In this document: positions 8,697-18,667 of the stretch, piece after piece | Numbering within the stretch: position 1 is the first letter of the stretch | How the letters are laid out: each line of letters begins with the position of its first letter | NCBI GenBank assembly: GCA_030550585.1 | Contig: JAUQPB010000001.1 | Location: forward strand, 544,001 to 608,000 | DNA length: 64,000 nt | Source: Thermoproteota archaeon | GTDB taxonomy: Archaea > Thermoproteota > Thermoprotei_A > Sulfolobales > Ignisphaeraceae | Reading direction: 5' to 3' | The notes under the pieces: generated by a model | Database searches by the model: none | Seen by the model: the letters and a program-made list of their open reading frames with translations, nothing else | What the model was told of the DNA's origin: nothing | Made by a program: the position numbers and the translations under genes

Positions 8697-9677
8697 ATGA
8701 ATGAGATAATACTCATCTTAATAAGCATTTTAATATTCCCAGGACTACTATTCCTAGTTGTACTATCTTTCCTGACGCAGTATGCTGTGAGAAAGCTAAG
8801 TGCTAGGTATCAGAGAAGGATGGGGCCAAGCTATGTTGGCCCCCTAGGGATTTTACAGCCATTCTATGACTTCTGGAAGCTACTCAGATCCAAGGAGATT
8901 GTTAAGAATAAATATAGCTTGGTAAGTGCAGCAGAGATTTCTCTGCTTATCGGAATATCCTCTATTGTCGCATCTGTAGTTCTTCTACCACTTAGCCTAT
9001 ACAACATTGTCTCTGATTTCGATATACTGATATTCTTCTACATGGCCAGCGTCGTGCCATTGTTCATGATGGTTATAGCATCTCTCTCAATGCCAGGTCC
9101 ATACACCAGCATGGGGGTTTCAAGACTCTTATCCCTAGCAACGCTATCGGAGCCAACATACTTTGCAAGTCTAATCATTCCAGTATATCTGGCAACAAGG
9201 CAAAGCGGAGTTTTCATGAGTATAAGCTCAGCATATAGAAATGTACTGAGTATATGGCTTGATCCTAGAGGAGCAGTTATAATGGTACTATGTTTAATAG
9301 CATATATTGTAGCTGTGCAGGCCAAGTCAATGTACCAGCCATTCAACATACCCGAGGCAGAGCAAGAGATTATAGCAGGCTACGAAACAGAGTTTTCAGG
9401 CCCTCTTCTAGCACTAATGAATCTATTCCATGATATGGATCTAGCGGTGTCTCTAATCATTGGAGTTTATCTATTGTTTGGAGGCCCACTTCCATATAGC
9501 CACACATCACCTCAAGGTATATTAATGATAATAATTAAGTATTTAATACTATTAGTGGTGGTAACATTGATAAAGAATATTATGGGGCGATACAGAATAG
9601 AACAAGGATTAGCACAGATTCTAAAATATGGACTGGTACCATCGATAATGGCATCAATACTAACATTTCTATTCTAA
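8697..9677 (+). CDS. mbhM: NuoH-like membrane anchor (MbhM)
   Basis: RKLSARYQRRMGP, QPFYDFWKL, PFNIPEAEQEIIAGYETEFSG. Confidence 0.92.
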   Translation: MNEIILILISILIFPGLLFLVVLSFLTQYAVRKLSARYQRRMGPSYVGPLGILQPFYDFWKLLRSKEIVKNKYSLVSAAEISLLIGISSIVASVVLLPLSLYNIVSDFDILIFFYMASVVPLFMMVIASLSMPGPYTSMGVSRLLSLATLSEPTYFASLIIPVYLATRQSGVFMSISSAYRNVLSIWLDPRGAVIMVLCLIAYIVAVQAKSMYQPFNIPEAEQEIIAGYETEFSGPLLALMNLFHDMDLAVSLIIGVYLLFGGPLPYSHTSPQGILMIIIKYLILLVVVTLIKNIMGRYRIEQGLAQILKYGLVPSIMASILTFLF

Positions 9678-9854
9678 TCAATTTCTAGATGTAGCTTTTG
9701 TTATAGTATTTAGTATCTGCAAGAGATTAAATGTGATTAATTAGAATAGGAGAATTGACATAGTTAAAACATAAGTAGAGGCAAATTAAAGATTCGAACA
9801 AAAATAAAAAATGGTTTAAAAAGTTTTGTTTTTACATGGGTGTGTTTGTTTTGT

Positions 9855-10040
9855 TTAGCTGCATTCTGGGTAGTCGTCTGGTACCTTAGCTCTGAAGTAC
9901 TTTCCTGATGCCGGGTCTTGGAACAGCCCTATCTTAACTCCTTTCCTACCCTTTGGAGATAGGCTCCAAACCTTCTTTGGAACCAGCTCCTTCTCCCCAC
10001 CATCAGGCAGCTTAACCTTAACAGGCTTTGTACAGGCCAT
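9855..10040 (-). CDS. cren7: Crenarchaeal chromatin protein Cren7
   Basis: [41 protein letters not shown]. Confidence 0.96.
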   Translation of the reverse strand: MACTKPVKVKLPDGGEKELVPKKVWSLSPKGRKGVKIGLFQDPASGKYFRAKVPDDYPECS

Positions 10041-10404
10041 TCAAACCACCGAAAAAAGATAAAGAGAAAAACAAGCTTAAAAACATGGCGTAAAGGCATA
10101 AGCTAAAAAGTTGTGGCTGAAGACCACGTATTAGTGTTTTATGGAATCTAGTCAAATGATATAAAACATTAAATTAAGGCCGATAAACACATTCTATAGT
10201 AATAAAAAATTTTAGCCAGGACTTGAATCAAATCAATGTGTGGCATACTGATGATAGAGGGATCACTATTAGTATGAACGTAATAATGGCTAGCAACATC
10301 GTGTCAAGTTTCTGTTGACTTATTTTCCATATTTGTCCCTGTAACTCAAGATCATTTTTATTTTGAAATAAAGTAAAATTCATATGCTATATATAGGTGA
10401 TAAT

Positions 10405-10908
10405 ATGGATGTAAAGGTAAAGAAGGCTATAACATTTTCAATTATAACTATTGTTGTTCTAGCAACGGTGTTTGCACTATTGATGCTAAACACTATTGCT
10501 GTTCAAAATCAGCAGAGTAGCTTTGGACTATGTGCAATGAAGGTGGACAATAAAGTATATTTACTATATTTAGCAGACAGCCCAGCTCTATGGGCAGAAG
10601 GATACAAAAACAAAGATAGTATAGACTTTATGAAGGTTGGAGCGATCGGAATAATTTTCATGAATAAGAATGGGTGGTATGAAGATATATTGATAACCAT
10701 GGAAGACGTCAAAGTGAATTTCTCGATTTACTTGATTGTAGAAATTGGGAACAAGCTATATATCGTAAAGCCAACTGTTAGCAGAGTATCAGAATACATC
10801 TTCAAAATAAGCAACCCATATCCAATGCTAGGAGCAAAGACAGTAGCATTTGTTGAAATGGATCCAATTACTGGTGTAAAGGAGGTGGAGCTAACATGCA
10901 CAAGATAA
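10405..10908 (+). CDS. Membrane-anchored DUF192-like protein
   Basis: N-terminal TM; LADSPALWAEGY..GIIF..ITMEDV..AFVEM resembles DUF192; AGGTGA RBS before ATG10405. Confidence 0.5.
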   Translation: MDVKVKKAITFSIITIVVLATVFALLMLNTIAVQNQQSSFGLCAMKVDNKVYLLYLADSPALWAEGYKNKDSIDFMKVGAIGIIFMNKNGWYEDILITMEDVKVNFSIYLIVEIGNKLYIVKPTVSRVSEYIFKISNPYPMLGAKTVAFVEMDPITGVKEVELTCTR

Positions 10909-11032
10909 AACATTATTCAACTAGGATAAGGCTTAAAGAAATTATGCACGTCTCTAAACAAAGTCCAGTAGTATTGGTCGACCAAGTAACATATTCCTGG
11001 TTTTGTTAAAACAGAAACAGAACTGGGGTTAG

Positions 11033-11106
11033 TGGGCCCGCGGGGATTTGAACCCCGGACCTCCGCCTTGTAAGGGCGGCGTCCTACCAGACTAGACGAC
11101 GGGCCC
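11033..11106 (-). tRNA. tRNA-Val(TAC), CCA not encoded
   Basis: Reverse complement GGGCCCGTCGTCTAG...CCGCC-CT TAC AA-GGCGG...GGTTCAAATCCCCGCGGGCCCA. Confidence 0.96.
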
Positions 11107-11196
11107 CTTTTACCTGCACCTCTTTTTATAGTTACTAATTTGAGGTTGGGTTATTAGCTTTTTAGTTAATTTGCTTGAAAAGACAAATTAATAATC

Positions 11197-11529
11197 CTAG
11201 TATTCTCTCCATGTGTGTCCGCATTTTGCGCATTTATAGAATGTTGTTGGAGGCTCATCTGCAGCTCTTGTCTGCATTTGCCATGCATATACCTCTTCGC
11301 TTCCGCACTTTGGACACCTCACATGACCTTTCACCAATGTTGCTGTTGGCGGTGCTGAAACTGTTGACGAATCAACTACCGTTAGCCTTTCTTTTTCGTT
11401 ATGTGATATCGATTTTGTCATAACCACTTTATTACCGAGGTTTCTGGTCTCATAACCGCATTTTGGGCATCTGTAAACTTTTTTCGTTTTATCGAATATA
11501 AGTAATGTTCCGCATTTTGGGCAAAACAT
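11197..11529 (-). CDS. tfs: Transcript cleavage factor TFS
   Basis: Two Zn ribbons; QTRAADEP with catalytic DE. Confidence 0.95.
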   Translation of the reverse strand: MFCPKCGTLLIFDKTKKVYRCPKCGYETRNLGNKVVMTKSISHNEKERLTVVDSSTVSAPPTATLVKGHVRCPKCGSEEVYAWQMQTRAADEPPTTFYKCAKCGHTWREY

Positions 11530-11595
11530 TTTGATTTCACTACTACTTTATTTGAAGATTATATTCACTTTGTTTTTCAGCTAAAAAGCTTAAGT

Positions 11596-12168
11596 TTAAT
11601 AAAAGAACTCCTCATTTCGTATGTGAACTCCTAGATCAAATACGTTTTTAACTATTGGTGTAAGCATTTTTCCTTTCTTTAGAAGAGATTCAATTTCTTT
11701 TAGATCATGCAGGGCAATACCTATGCCTATGGCAGTATAGTCATCTCTATCTATGACTGCAACAGGCCTACCTTTTAAAATCGGTGGCAAACCCTCTTCA
11801 AAGGATGCCAAAAGCAGGTCATTACCATAAAGAAACGCCTTAACGCCTTGGGGCTTCGCTACAATGCCGCAGCCAACCTTTTTTGCAAATCCTTTTATAA
11901 AGTTATATAAATGTGGCGATGGAATGAATCTACCTCCCCATATCCAACCAGCCAACATACCTGTGCCAACAACATTAACACTGCGTAGAGATTTAAGCAA
12001 TGTGTTGTCAAATCTTGCAGGGTATAGCATAACCTTTGTCCAGCCTTTCAACGATGAGAAAAGAGCCATATGAAAATTGTTTTCAAGGCTACTTACAGCA
12101 TACTCATCAAAACATGTTCTTATGAATTCTATCAATTCGCTAAATATAGTCTCTTTTTCAAAGGCCAT
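11596..12168 (-). CDS. Nip7-like PUA-domain ribosome biogenesis protein
   Basis: KAFLYGND, IGIG, KNVFDLGVHIR. Confidence 0.75.
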   Translation of the reverse strand: MAFEKETIFSELIEFIRTCFDEYAVSSLENNFHMALFSSLKGWTKVMLYPARFDNTLLKSLRSVNVVGTGMLAGWIWGGRFIPSPHLYNFIKGFAKKVGCGIVAKPQGVKAFLYGNDLLLASFEEGLPPILKGRPVAVIDRDDYTAIGIGIALHDLKEIESLLKKGKMLTPIVKNVFDLGVHIRNEEFFY

Positions 12169-12487
12169 ACATTCTTTCAGCCAATTTTACTATGTATAGA
12201 AAATCCATAACAACGTTCTTGTCAACTTTCCTTTTATCTATTTTCGCATCCCATATGCTGTCCCACACATCAAGAACTTTGCTACTGCCATTCAAATAGT
12301 CGCACACAAGTTCTACAGCCTCATCCAATGTCTCTATGTCCCACTTTTCAATTTCTTTGAATCTATTGTCTACCTTTGCCGAAACTTCTTTAATAAATTC
12401 TACATAGAGATTGTATAGAGTGTCTGCATCAACATAATCTCTATTTGAGAGCATCTCAAGACTTTGCCTAATCTCCTCTAAACCCAT
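12158..12487 (-). CDS. Hypothetical protein
   Basis: Helical acidic ORF overlapping the start of the PUA gene; ATG12487. Confidence 0.65.
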   Translation of the reverse strand: MGLEEIRQSLEMLSNRDYVDADTLYNLYVEFIKEVSAKVDNRFKEIEKWDIETLDEAVELVCDYLNGSSKVLDVWDSIWDAKIDKRKVDKNVVMDFLYIVKLAERMYGL

Positions 12488-12573
12488 TTTGATTTCACTA
12501 CCAGTTTCACAAAATCTTATTAGCAAGCGAATAGCTTATATCTCTACACAAAAATAAGCTATTCGGTGATTTT

Positions 12574-12969
12574 ATGAGTGTAGACTATGCAGAGCTTGGA
12601 GACCTGAAAGAAGGAAGCTATGTTGTCATAGATGGGGAGCCCTGCAGGGTAGTCGAAATATCAAGAGCTAAAACGGGGAAGCATGGTAGTGCAAAGGTTC
12701 ATTTGGTTGCAATAAGCCTGTTTTCCGGTTCTAGAAAAACGCTTGTAGGGCCAGCCGACCAAAGAGTGGAGGTTCCGATAATAGATAAGAGGATAGGGCA
12801 GGTTGTAGCAGTATTGGGAGACAAAATACAGGTTATGGACACTGAAACATTTGAAACATTCGAAGTTGATGCGCCATCAGATGAGAGTGTTAGGGCTAAG
12901 ATAGCTCCAGGAGTTGAAGTCGAGTACTGGAGTGCCATGGGAAGAAGATTCATTGTCAGAGTCAGGTAG
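12574..12969 (+). CDS. eif5a: Translation factor aIF5A
   Basis: Hypusine motif KTGKHGSAK. Confidence 0.97.
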   Translation: MSVDYAELGDLKEGSYVVIDGEPCRVVEISRAKTGKHGSAKVHLVAISLFSGSRKTLVGPADQRVEVPIIDKRIGQVVAVLGDKIQVMDTETFETFEVDAPSDESVRAKIAPGVEVEYWSAMGRRFIVRVR

Positions 12970-12988
12970 GCATTGATAGGATTGCGAA

Positions 12989-14344
12989 ATGAGCTCAGTC
13001 TTAGACTCTCTAAAAAAACTTGTCGCGGATTTTTTGCGTGGTAAAGACCCTTATGAGGTAGCCGTTGAAAACTTTATTAAAGAGCTTCAAAAAACGCTTT
13101 TAAAAGCCGATGTAAATGTAAAGCTTGTTATACAACTTACAAACTCGATTAAAGAAAGAGCACTCAAAGAGAAGCCACCCCCACTTGTTTCAAGGAATGA
13201 GTGGTTCATAAAAATAGTATATGATGAGCTATCAAATCTTTTTGGTGGTGATGTAAAGCCTCAGATATTTCCACAGAAAACACCATATGTAATAATGCTT
13301 GTGGGCGTTCAAGGATCAGGTAAAACAACTACAGCAGCAAAGATAGCATATTTCTATAAGCGGTATGGATACAAACCCTGCCTCATATGTGCCGACACAT
13401 ATAGACCTGCAGCCTATGACCAGCTTAGTCAGCTCAGCAAGCAAATTGATGCACTTTTTTGTGGAGACCAAAAATCAAGTGATGCTGTGGAAATTGCTAG
13501 GAAATGCGTTGATTGGTGTATAAAGCAGGGCTCTAATATTGTAATAATAGATACTGCTGGCAGACATGGATATGGGGAAGAGGAGTCGCTGCTAAAGGAG
13601 ATGCAAGAAATAGCCAAGGCTGTGAACCCTGATGAGATAATGATGATTCTCGATGCGTCCATGGGGCAAAAAGCATATGAGTTAGCACTTAGATTCCACT
13701 CAGCAACGCCAATAGGCTCCATAACTATTACAAAACTCGATGGAACTGCTAAGGGTGGTGGCGCATTATCAGCTGTTGCAGCAACAAAAGCAACTATAAA
13801 GTTTATCGGAACTGGTGAAAAGATACCAGAGATAGAGGTTTTCGAGCCTAGAAGATTTGTTGGAAGGTTGCTGGGCTTAGGAGATATATCCTCGCTAATA
13901 GAGAAATTCAAATCGATTGAACATAGTGAAAAGATCGAGAAGAGATTTGCAAAGGCGCTGTCTACAGGCAAGATAACTCTTGCTGACATATACCTCCAGT
14001 TACAGACAATGAAAAAGCTTGGCCCCTTAGCCAAAATAATCCAGTTAATACCAGGTCTATCAATGCTGCCGATAGATGATAAGCAGATGAAACTCACTGA
14101 AGAGAGGATGAAGAAATGGCTAGCCATAATGGATTCTATGACATTTGAAGAGCTTAGAAATCCAAACATAATTGATAAGAATAGAATGCTAAAAATCGCT
14201 ATAGGATCTGGAACAACAGTTGAGGATGTCAAAGAGCTCCTCAAATACTATGAGCTTATGAATACCATGATAAAGAATGTCAAGAGAAGAAAAACATTAT
14301 TAAGGAGATTTGGAATAGATCTAACAAAAATTGAAGAAGAGTAG
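12989..14344 (+). CDS. srp54: Signal recognition particle 54 kDa protein
   Basis: GVQGSGKTTT, DTAGRH, TKLDG, M-domain GSG. Confidence 0.97.
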   Translation: MSSVLDSLKKLVADFLRGKDPYEVAVENFIKELQKTLLKADVNVKLVIQLTNSIKERALKEKPPPLVSRNEWFIKIVYDELSNLFGGDVKPQIFPQKTPYVIMLVGVQGSGKTTTAAKIAYFYKRYGYKPCLICADTYRPAAYDQLSQLSKQIDALFCGDQKSSDAVEIARKCVDWCIKQGSNIVIIDTAGRHGYGEEESLLKEMQEIAKAVNPDEIMMILDASMGQKAYELALRFHSATPIGSITITKLDGTAKGGGALSAVAATKATIKFIGTGEKIPEIEVFEPRRFVGRLLGLGDISSLIEKFKSIEHSEKIEKRFAKALSTGKITLADIYLQLQTMKKLGPLAKIIQLIPGLSMLPIDDKQMKLTEERMKKWLAIMDSMTFEELRNPNIIDKNRMLKIAIGSGTTVEDVKELLKYYELMNTMIKNVKRRKTLLRRFGIDLTKIEEE

Positions 14345-14367
14345 CAAAATATATTCATGGGAAGAAA

Positions 14368-15663
14368 ATGGAAAGCGTAATAGACACTACCATAAAGCTT
14401 CTGGAAAAGTACCCACTATGCAATAGATGCTTAGGTAGACTATTTGCACGTTTGGGAAGGGGCCTTGGTAATGATGAGCGTGGGAAGGCACTGAAAATAG
14501 CGTCTCTGCTTGAACTACACAAAAAGATCTTAAACGGCAACAAGGAGTTAATCGATACGGCGAAAAGAGTTGCATTGAATAGCAAGCTCGAGTCAAAAGA
14601 GCTTCTCAAACTTTTTGGTGTTGAGCCCCCCACAAATCCATTAAAGTGTTATATATGTGAGGATAGACTTGATAATATCATTAATAGTTTTGCAGAGATT
14701 GTTACAAAGATAGTGAATGAAAAGAATATAGAGAGCTTCATTATAGGGGTGAAGGCTCCAGAGGATCTAATCAAAAGAGAAAACATCTTAGTAAGAGAAT
14801 ACCGGTTAGCGTATTGGGAGAGTATAAAAAGAGAGATAAAGAGGGAGGTAGGAAAAAGGGTTCAGACAATTACAAAGGCTAGGGTCGATTTTGACGACCC
14901 TCAGACAATATTCATAATAGATTTAAATGATAATACTGTTAAGGAAGAGGTGAGATCTCTTCTTGTCTATGGAAAATATAGAAAATTGGGTAGATTGATT
15001 TCGCAGAATATATGGATTGGAAAGGATGGGAAGAGGAAGTATTCTTTATCAATAGAAGATGTTGCAAAACACTCGCTTGAATATGTTAAAGCCTCTAGCG
15101 TTGTTTTGCATATTGGGGGTAGGGAGGATACTGATGTCAGGGTAATCGGGGATGGAAGGCCAATAGTTCTGGAATACAAATCTCCGAATAGAAAAGATAT
15201 TGATTTGGCTTATCTAAATAAGGTGCTGAACTCCTACACCCCATGGATTCAGTTCAACATCAATATGAGAGTCAAAAAAGCCTTTGTCTCGCGACTAAAA
15301 AGCTTTGCTGGGCAAGCATACAAAATTTATAGAGCTCTGATATTCTCCGAGCAGGAAATTACCGTAGAAAAGCTTCAATCACTAGAGAAATTCTTTGAAA
15401 ATAAGTTGATTCTGCAGAGAACCCCTACGCGGGTTCTTAGAAGAAAAAGTGATAGGCTTCGCAAAAAGATGGTGCACCAAGTAAAAACAATTCTTATTTC
15501 GCCACATATCTTCCTAGCACTTATAAAATGTGATGGAGGCTTATATGTGAAAGAATTGATAACAGGCGATAATGGTAGGACATCGCCAAGTTTCTCAGAA
15601 TTTCTAGGATCGCCACTACAATGCTTAATGCTAGACGTGATGCACGTTCATGAATATATATAA
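14368..15663 (+). CDS. pus10: tRNA pseudouridine(54/55) synthase Pus10
   Basis: LCNRCLGRLF, GREDTDVR, QRTPTRV, GGLYVKELITGD. Confidence 0.95.
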   Translation: MESVIDTTIKLLEKYPLCNRCLGRLFARLGRGLGNDERGKALKIASLLELHKKILNGNKELIDTAKRVALNSKLESKELLKLFGVEPPTNPLKCYICEDRLDNIINSFAEIVTKIVNEKNIESFIIGVKAPEDLIKRENILVREYRLAYWESIKREIKREVGKRVQTITKARVDFDDPQTIFIIDLNDNTVKEEVRSLLVYGKYRKLGRLISQNIWIGKDGKRKYSLSIEDVAKHSLEYVKASSVVLHIGGREDTDVRVIGDGRPIVLEYKSPNRKDIDLAYLNKVLNSYTPWIQFNINMRVKKAFVSRLKSFAGQAYKIYRALIFSEQEITVEKLQSLEKFFENKLILQRTPTRVLRRKSDRLRKKMVHQVKTILISPHIFLALIKCDGGLYVKELITGDNGRTSPSFSEFLGSPLQCLMLDVMHVHEYI

Positions 15664-15717
15664 GGGTATTCAAAAGGTTTTTATGTAGTTAACGATTTTT
15701 TGTAGGTTGTTCGGATT

Positions 15718-16113
15718 ATGGTCAAAGCACCCCAAGGATTGAGACACAGAACAAGAAAACTGATGAAGAAGAGTGTTAGAGAGAGGGGAGCAATCCCTCC
15801 ACTTAGCAGAGTGCTAATCGAGTATAGAGTAGGTGATAAAGTCTACATAGATGTTAATCCAGCGATACACAGAGGGATGCCCCACAGAAGATACATTGGA
15901 AAAGTTGGCAAAGTAGTTGGGTTTAGAGGTAGAGCACTTATAGTAGAGGTAGAGGTTGGCTCAAAAATCAAGAAACTTTTCTTGTTGCCGGAACATGTAA
16001 AGCCGGCTTTTGATGTTAAGGAAAGAGTAAGCGAATTACTACAGAAACTAGCTGAAATATCAAAGGCTAGGAAAGAGCAAAGGACAATAATGTTGAAACT
16101 TCTAAAAAAGTAG
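15718..16113 (+). CDS. rpl21e: 50S ribosomal protein L21e
   Basis: GLRHRTR, HRGMPHRRYIGKVG, PEHVK; long C-terminal tail. Confidence 0.96.
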   Translation: MVKAPQGLRHRTRKLMKKSVRERGAIPPLSRVLIEYRVGDKVYIDVNPAIHRGMPHRRYIGKVGKVVGFRGRALIVEVEVGSKIKKLFLLPEHVKPAFDVKERVSELLQKLAEISKARKEQRTIMLKLLKK

Positions 16114-16168
16114 TCTTCTGATGTAACTAATCATCGGATTCTATGATATATTTTTAGAGGGATGCAAA

Positions 16169-16513
16169 ATGCCATACGAGATTATAGAGTATCACGATAT
16201 CCCCAATTCGATAGCAAAAAGAATTCTCGAAAAATATATCGCAAATTTGAGAGGAGAGGCATCAGAAATTGTGAAGGTAACACTCGAATATTTGGATAAA
16301 GTTGAGAAATGTGATTATGAAAAGATAGAGAATTTGTATAATGAATTGAAGAAATTTGGATTTAAAGAGACAACACTTGCAATGATTCTAAATATTCTTC
16401 CGAGATCGGTTGATGAACTTAGAGCTCTTCTTGTCTTCGAGGATAGAGTTCCAGAGGAGGATGTACTAAAGAATGTTGTAGAAATTATTTCAAATACTTG
16501 TAAAACAGAGTAA
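16169..16513 (+). CDS. rpo4: RNA polymerase subunit Rpo4 (RpoF)
   Basis: TLEYL, ILNILPRSVDELRALL; conserved position after rpl21e. Confidence 0.88.
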   Translation: MPYEIIEYHDIPNSIAKRILEKYIANLRGEASEIVKVTLEYLDKVEKCDYEKIENLYNELKKFGFKETTLAMILNILPRSVDELRALLVFEDRVPEEDVLKNVVEIISNTCKTE

Positions 16514-16524
16514 AAAGACAGCCC

Positions 16525-17196
16525 ATGGGCAGGCTTTGGAATATGAGACCGCGTCCCAAGAGATTTCAGATTGTGCCAGACGAGTTTGCCATTGTCTTGG
16601 ATTACATGCCCATGGGCAATCCATACGATAAGCATACCCACCACAGAACAATGCCCATAGCCCAAGGTATAGGCACAAAATATTTCTCCCTCGTAGAGAT
16701 AGTGCCTGCAAGAGGGCAGGCGCTTGTAATTGGCGATAGAATTCCAATTTCCACAGCACCTGACAGACCTGGTTTAAAGGTTTTCGAGAGGCTGTTGTAC
16801 GAGGATTTAAGTACAATAGCAAAGGAAAATCTGGGTAAGGTTCTTACAAAAATTATTGAGGAAAAGGAGAAGGTTTTTGTAGAGTTTTTTAATGTTGCAG
16901 AGCCAATAAACATAAGGTTGCACAGCCTAGAGCTTTTACCAGGTATAGGAAAGAAGACATTGAGTATGATATTAGACGAAAGGAGGAAGAGCCCCTTTAC
17001 CAGTTTCGAGGATGTTAAAAGAAGGGTGAAGATTTCAGATCCAATAAAACTTTTTGTTGATAGAATCATTACTGAGCTACAGAGGATAGAGAGGTACTAC
17101 CTGTTTGTTGAGCCATACCCACCATCACCTGAATACAAATTCCTCAACTATTTAGAGTTGCTCTATAAGATAACTGGATATAGTGAGCCATGGTAA
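16525..17196 (+). CDS. DUF655 putative nucleic-acid-binding protein
   Basis: VLDYMPMG, AQGIGTKYFSLVE, RLHSLELLPGIGKK HhH motif. Confidence 0.9.
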   Translation: MGRLWNMRPRPKRFQIVPDEFAIVLDYMPMGNPYDKHTHHRTMPIAQGIGTKYFSLVEIVPARGQALVIGDRIPISTAPDRPGLKVFERLLYEDLSTIAKENLGKVLTKIIEEKEKVFVEFFNVAEPINIRLHSLELLPGIGKKTLSMILDERRKSPFTSFEDVKRRVKISDPIKLFVDRIITELQRIERYYLFVEPYPPSPEYKFLNYLELLYKITGYSEPW

Positions 17197-18044
17197 AAGA
17201 TCTCATCAACATTTCATCTAAACAAGAGTTCAAGAATCGAGTAAGGGATATTCTGACCGAGAATGCTATAGCCATAAAGAAGAAACTGAGTCAAACATTT
17301 TTAGTCGACCCACATGAGCTGAAACTCATTGCTAAAATCGTTAAAAAAGAATCTGTGGATAAGCCATGTATTATGGAGATAGGTTCTGGCATAGGAAATC
17401 TAACAGTTTTTCTTGCCTTTGAGAACATAGACAAAACTATAATATCAGTTGAATATGATCAGCGATTCGCTAAGATATTGAAAGAGTTGCAAGAGGATTT
17501 CTATAACGTTGATGTTGTCATAGGAGATGCAAGACAGATCATTGCAAGTGTGAGGGGCTGTAATGTTGTAGTAGGCAACCTGCCTTACCATATAACCTCC
17601 CAACTACTGCTATCCATTGCAAAGGGCGTTTTCGACACCGTAATCGTGACCGTGCAGAAAGAGGTGGCTGGAAGAATAGCTTCTAGGCCTGGTACCAGAG
17701 GCTACGGAAAACTAACAGCTTTTTTGCAACACATGTTCTCGGTTAACTACATAAAAACCATTCCACTAAACAAATTTTATCCCAGACCAGAGGTTCATTC
17801 AGCTGTTTTGCTTCTCAAGCGCAAACACTATTATGATAGTTTTTCAGAGGTTTTTGAAGATATAGTTAAATGCTTATTTTTTTACAGAAGAAAGGTTGTT
17901 GCAAAAGCACTGAGTAGATGTATAGATAAAGAGATAGATGAAAAAATCGAGGGACTCGAAGAAATATGGAGAAAGAGGGTATATCAATTATCAGTAGAGG
18001 AGCTGGAGAAGATAGCACATATTTTTGCAAAGCTAAAGAGATAG
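17190..18044 (+). CDS. ksgA: 16S rRNA adenine dimethyltransferase KsgA/RsmA
   Basis: QTFL, EIGSGIG, NLPY, FYPRPEVHSA. Confidence 0.93.
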   Translation: MVKDLINISSKQEFKNRVRDILTENAIAIKKKLSQTFLVDPHELKLIAKIVKKESVDKPCIMEIGSGIGNLTVFLAFENIDKTIISVEYDQRFAKILKELQEDFYNVDVVIGDARQIIASVRGCNVVVGNLPYHITSQLLLSIAKGVFDTVIVTVQKEVAGRIASRPGTRGYGKLTAFLQHMFSVNYIKTIPLNKFYPRPEVHSAVLLLKRKHYYDSFSEVFEDIVKCLFFYRRKVVAKALSRCIDKEIDEKIEGLEEIWRKRVYQLSVEELEKIAHIFAKLKR

Positions 18045-18667
18045 AAACAATAAGTATTGATAATATTATGGTAGAACTCAATGAGGAGGTATACAAACCC
18101 TCTGACGATACATATATCGTTGTTGACACATTCAACGACTTGATGTATAAATCAGAGAAATCAATCAATTTGCTAATAGAGATAGGGTCTGGATCAGGCT
18201 ACATAACCATATCAATACTCAAGACAATATTGTCAAAGAGCGCACCTTATGCAATACTTATAGACATTTCTCCATGTGCCACAGCCAGCTCTTGGAACTC
18301 CATTAAACTCAACGGTTTGGATCCATATTCTGATGTTATACAATGCGATGGTTTATCATGCATACGCAACTTTGTAGCAGATACAATTGTTTTTAACCCA
18401 CCCTATCTCCCAGTAGAGGATAGTGGTTCGTGGTTAGCAAGGTCGTGGAGTGGTGGAGCTGACGGCATGTCTATATGGCTAAAGTTCTTTGTAGAGTCGT
18501 TGGATAGATGCAAACCGTCTGTATGCACTATAATATTCACATTATCGACATTGCAGGATCTAGAAAAAGCTTTGAGTTTGCTGGAGAGAAGCTGTATTGC
18601 TGTAGATTTTTATAGATGTAAAAGCTTCTTTTTTGAGACAATATGTGCAGCTGGCTGTAGTAGGTGA
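18041..18667 (+). CDS. HemK/PrmC-family (release factor Gln) methyltransferase
   Basis: VYKPSDDT, EIGSGSG, FNPPYLP, WSGGADG; start uncertain (ATA18041 or ATG18068). Confidence 0.85.
   Translation: METISIDNIMVELNEEVYKPSDDTYIVVDTFNDLMYKSEKSINLLIEIGSGSGYITISILKTILSKSAPYAILIDISPCATASSWNSIKLNGLDPYSDVIQCDGLSCIRNFVADTIVFNPPYLPVEDSGSWLARSWSGGADGMSIWLKFFVESLDRCKPSVCTIIFTLSTLQDLEKALSLLERSCIAVDFYRCKSFFFETICAAGCSR

Noticed and set aside
10248-10295. CTGATGA-initiated C/D-like element
   Set aside because: D boxes too degenerate (CTAT, CTAG)
13429-14244. 271-aa antisense ORF, and similar shadow ORFs such as 39228-39761, 46084-46632, 47325-47894 and 52823-53302
   Set aside because: Antisense to well-supported genes; Ser/Phe/Ile-rich composition typical of reverse-frame artefacts
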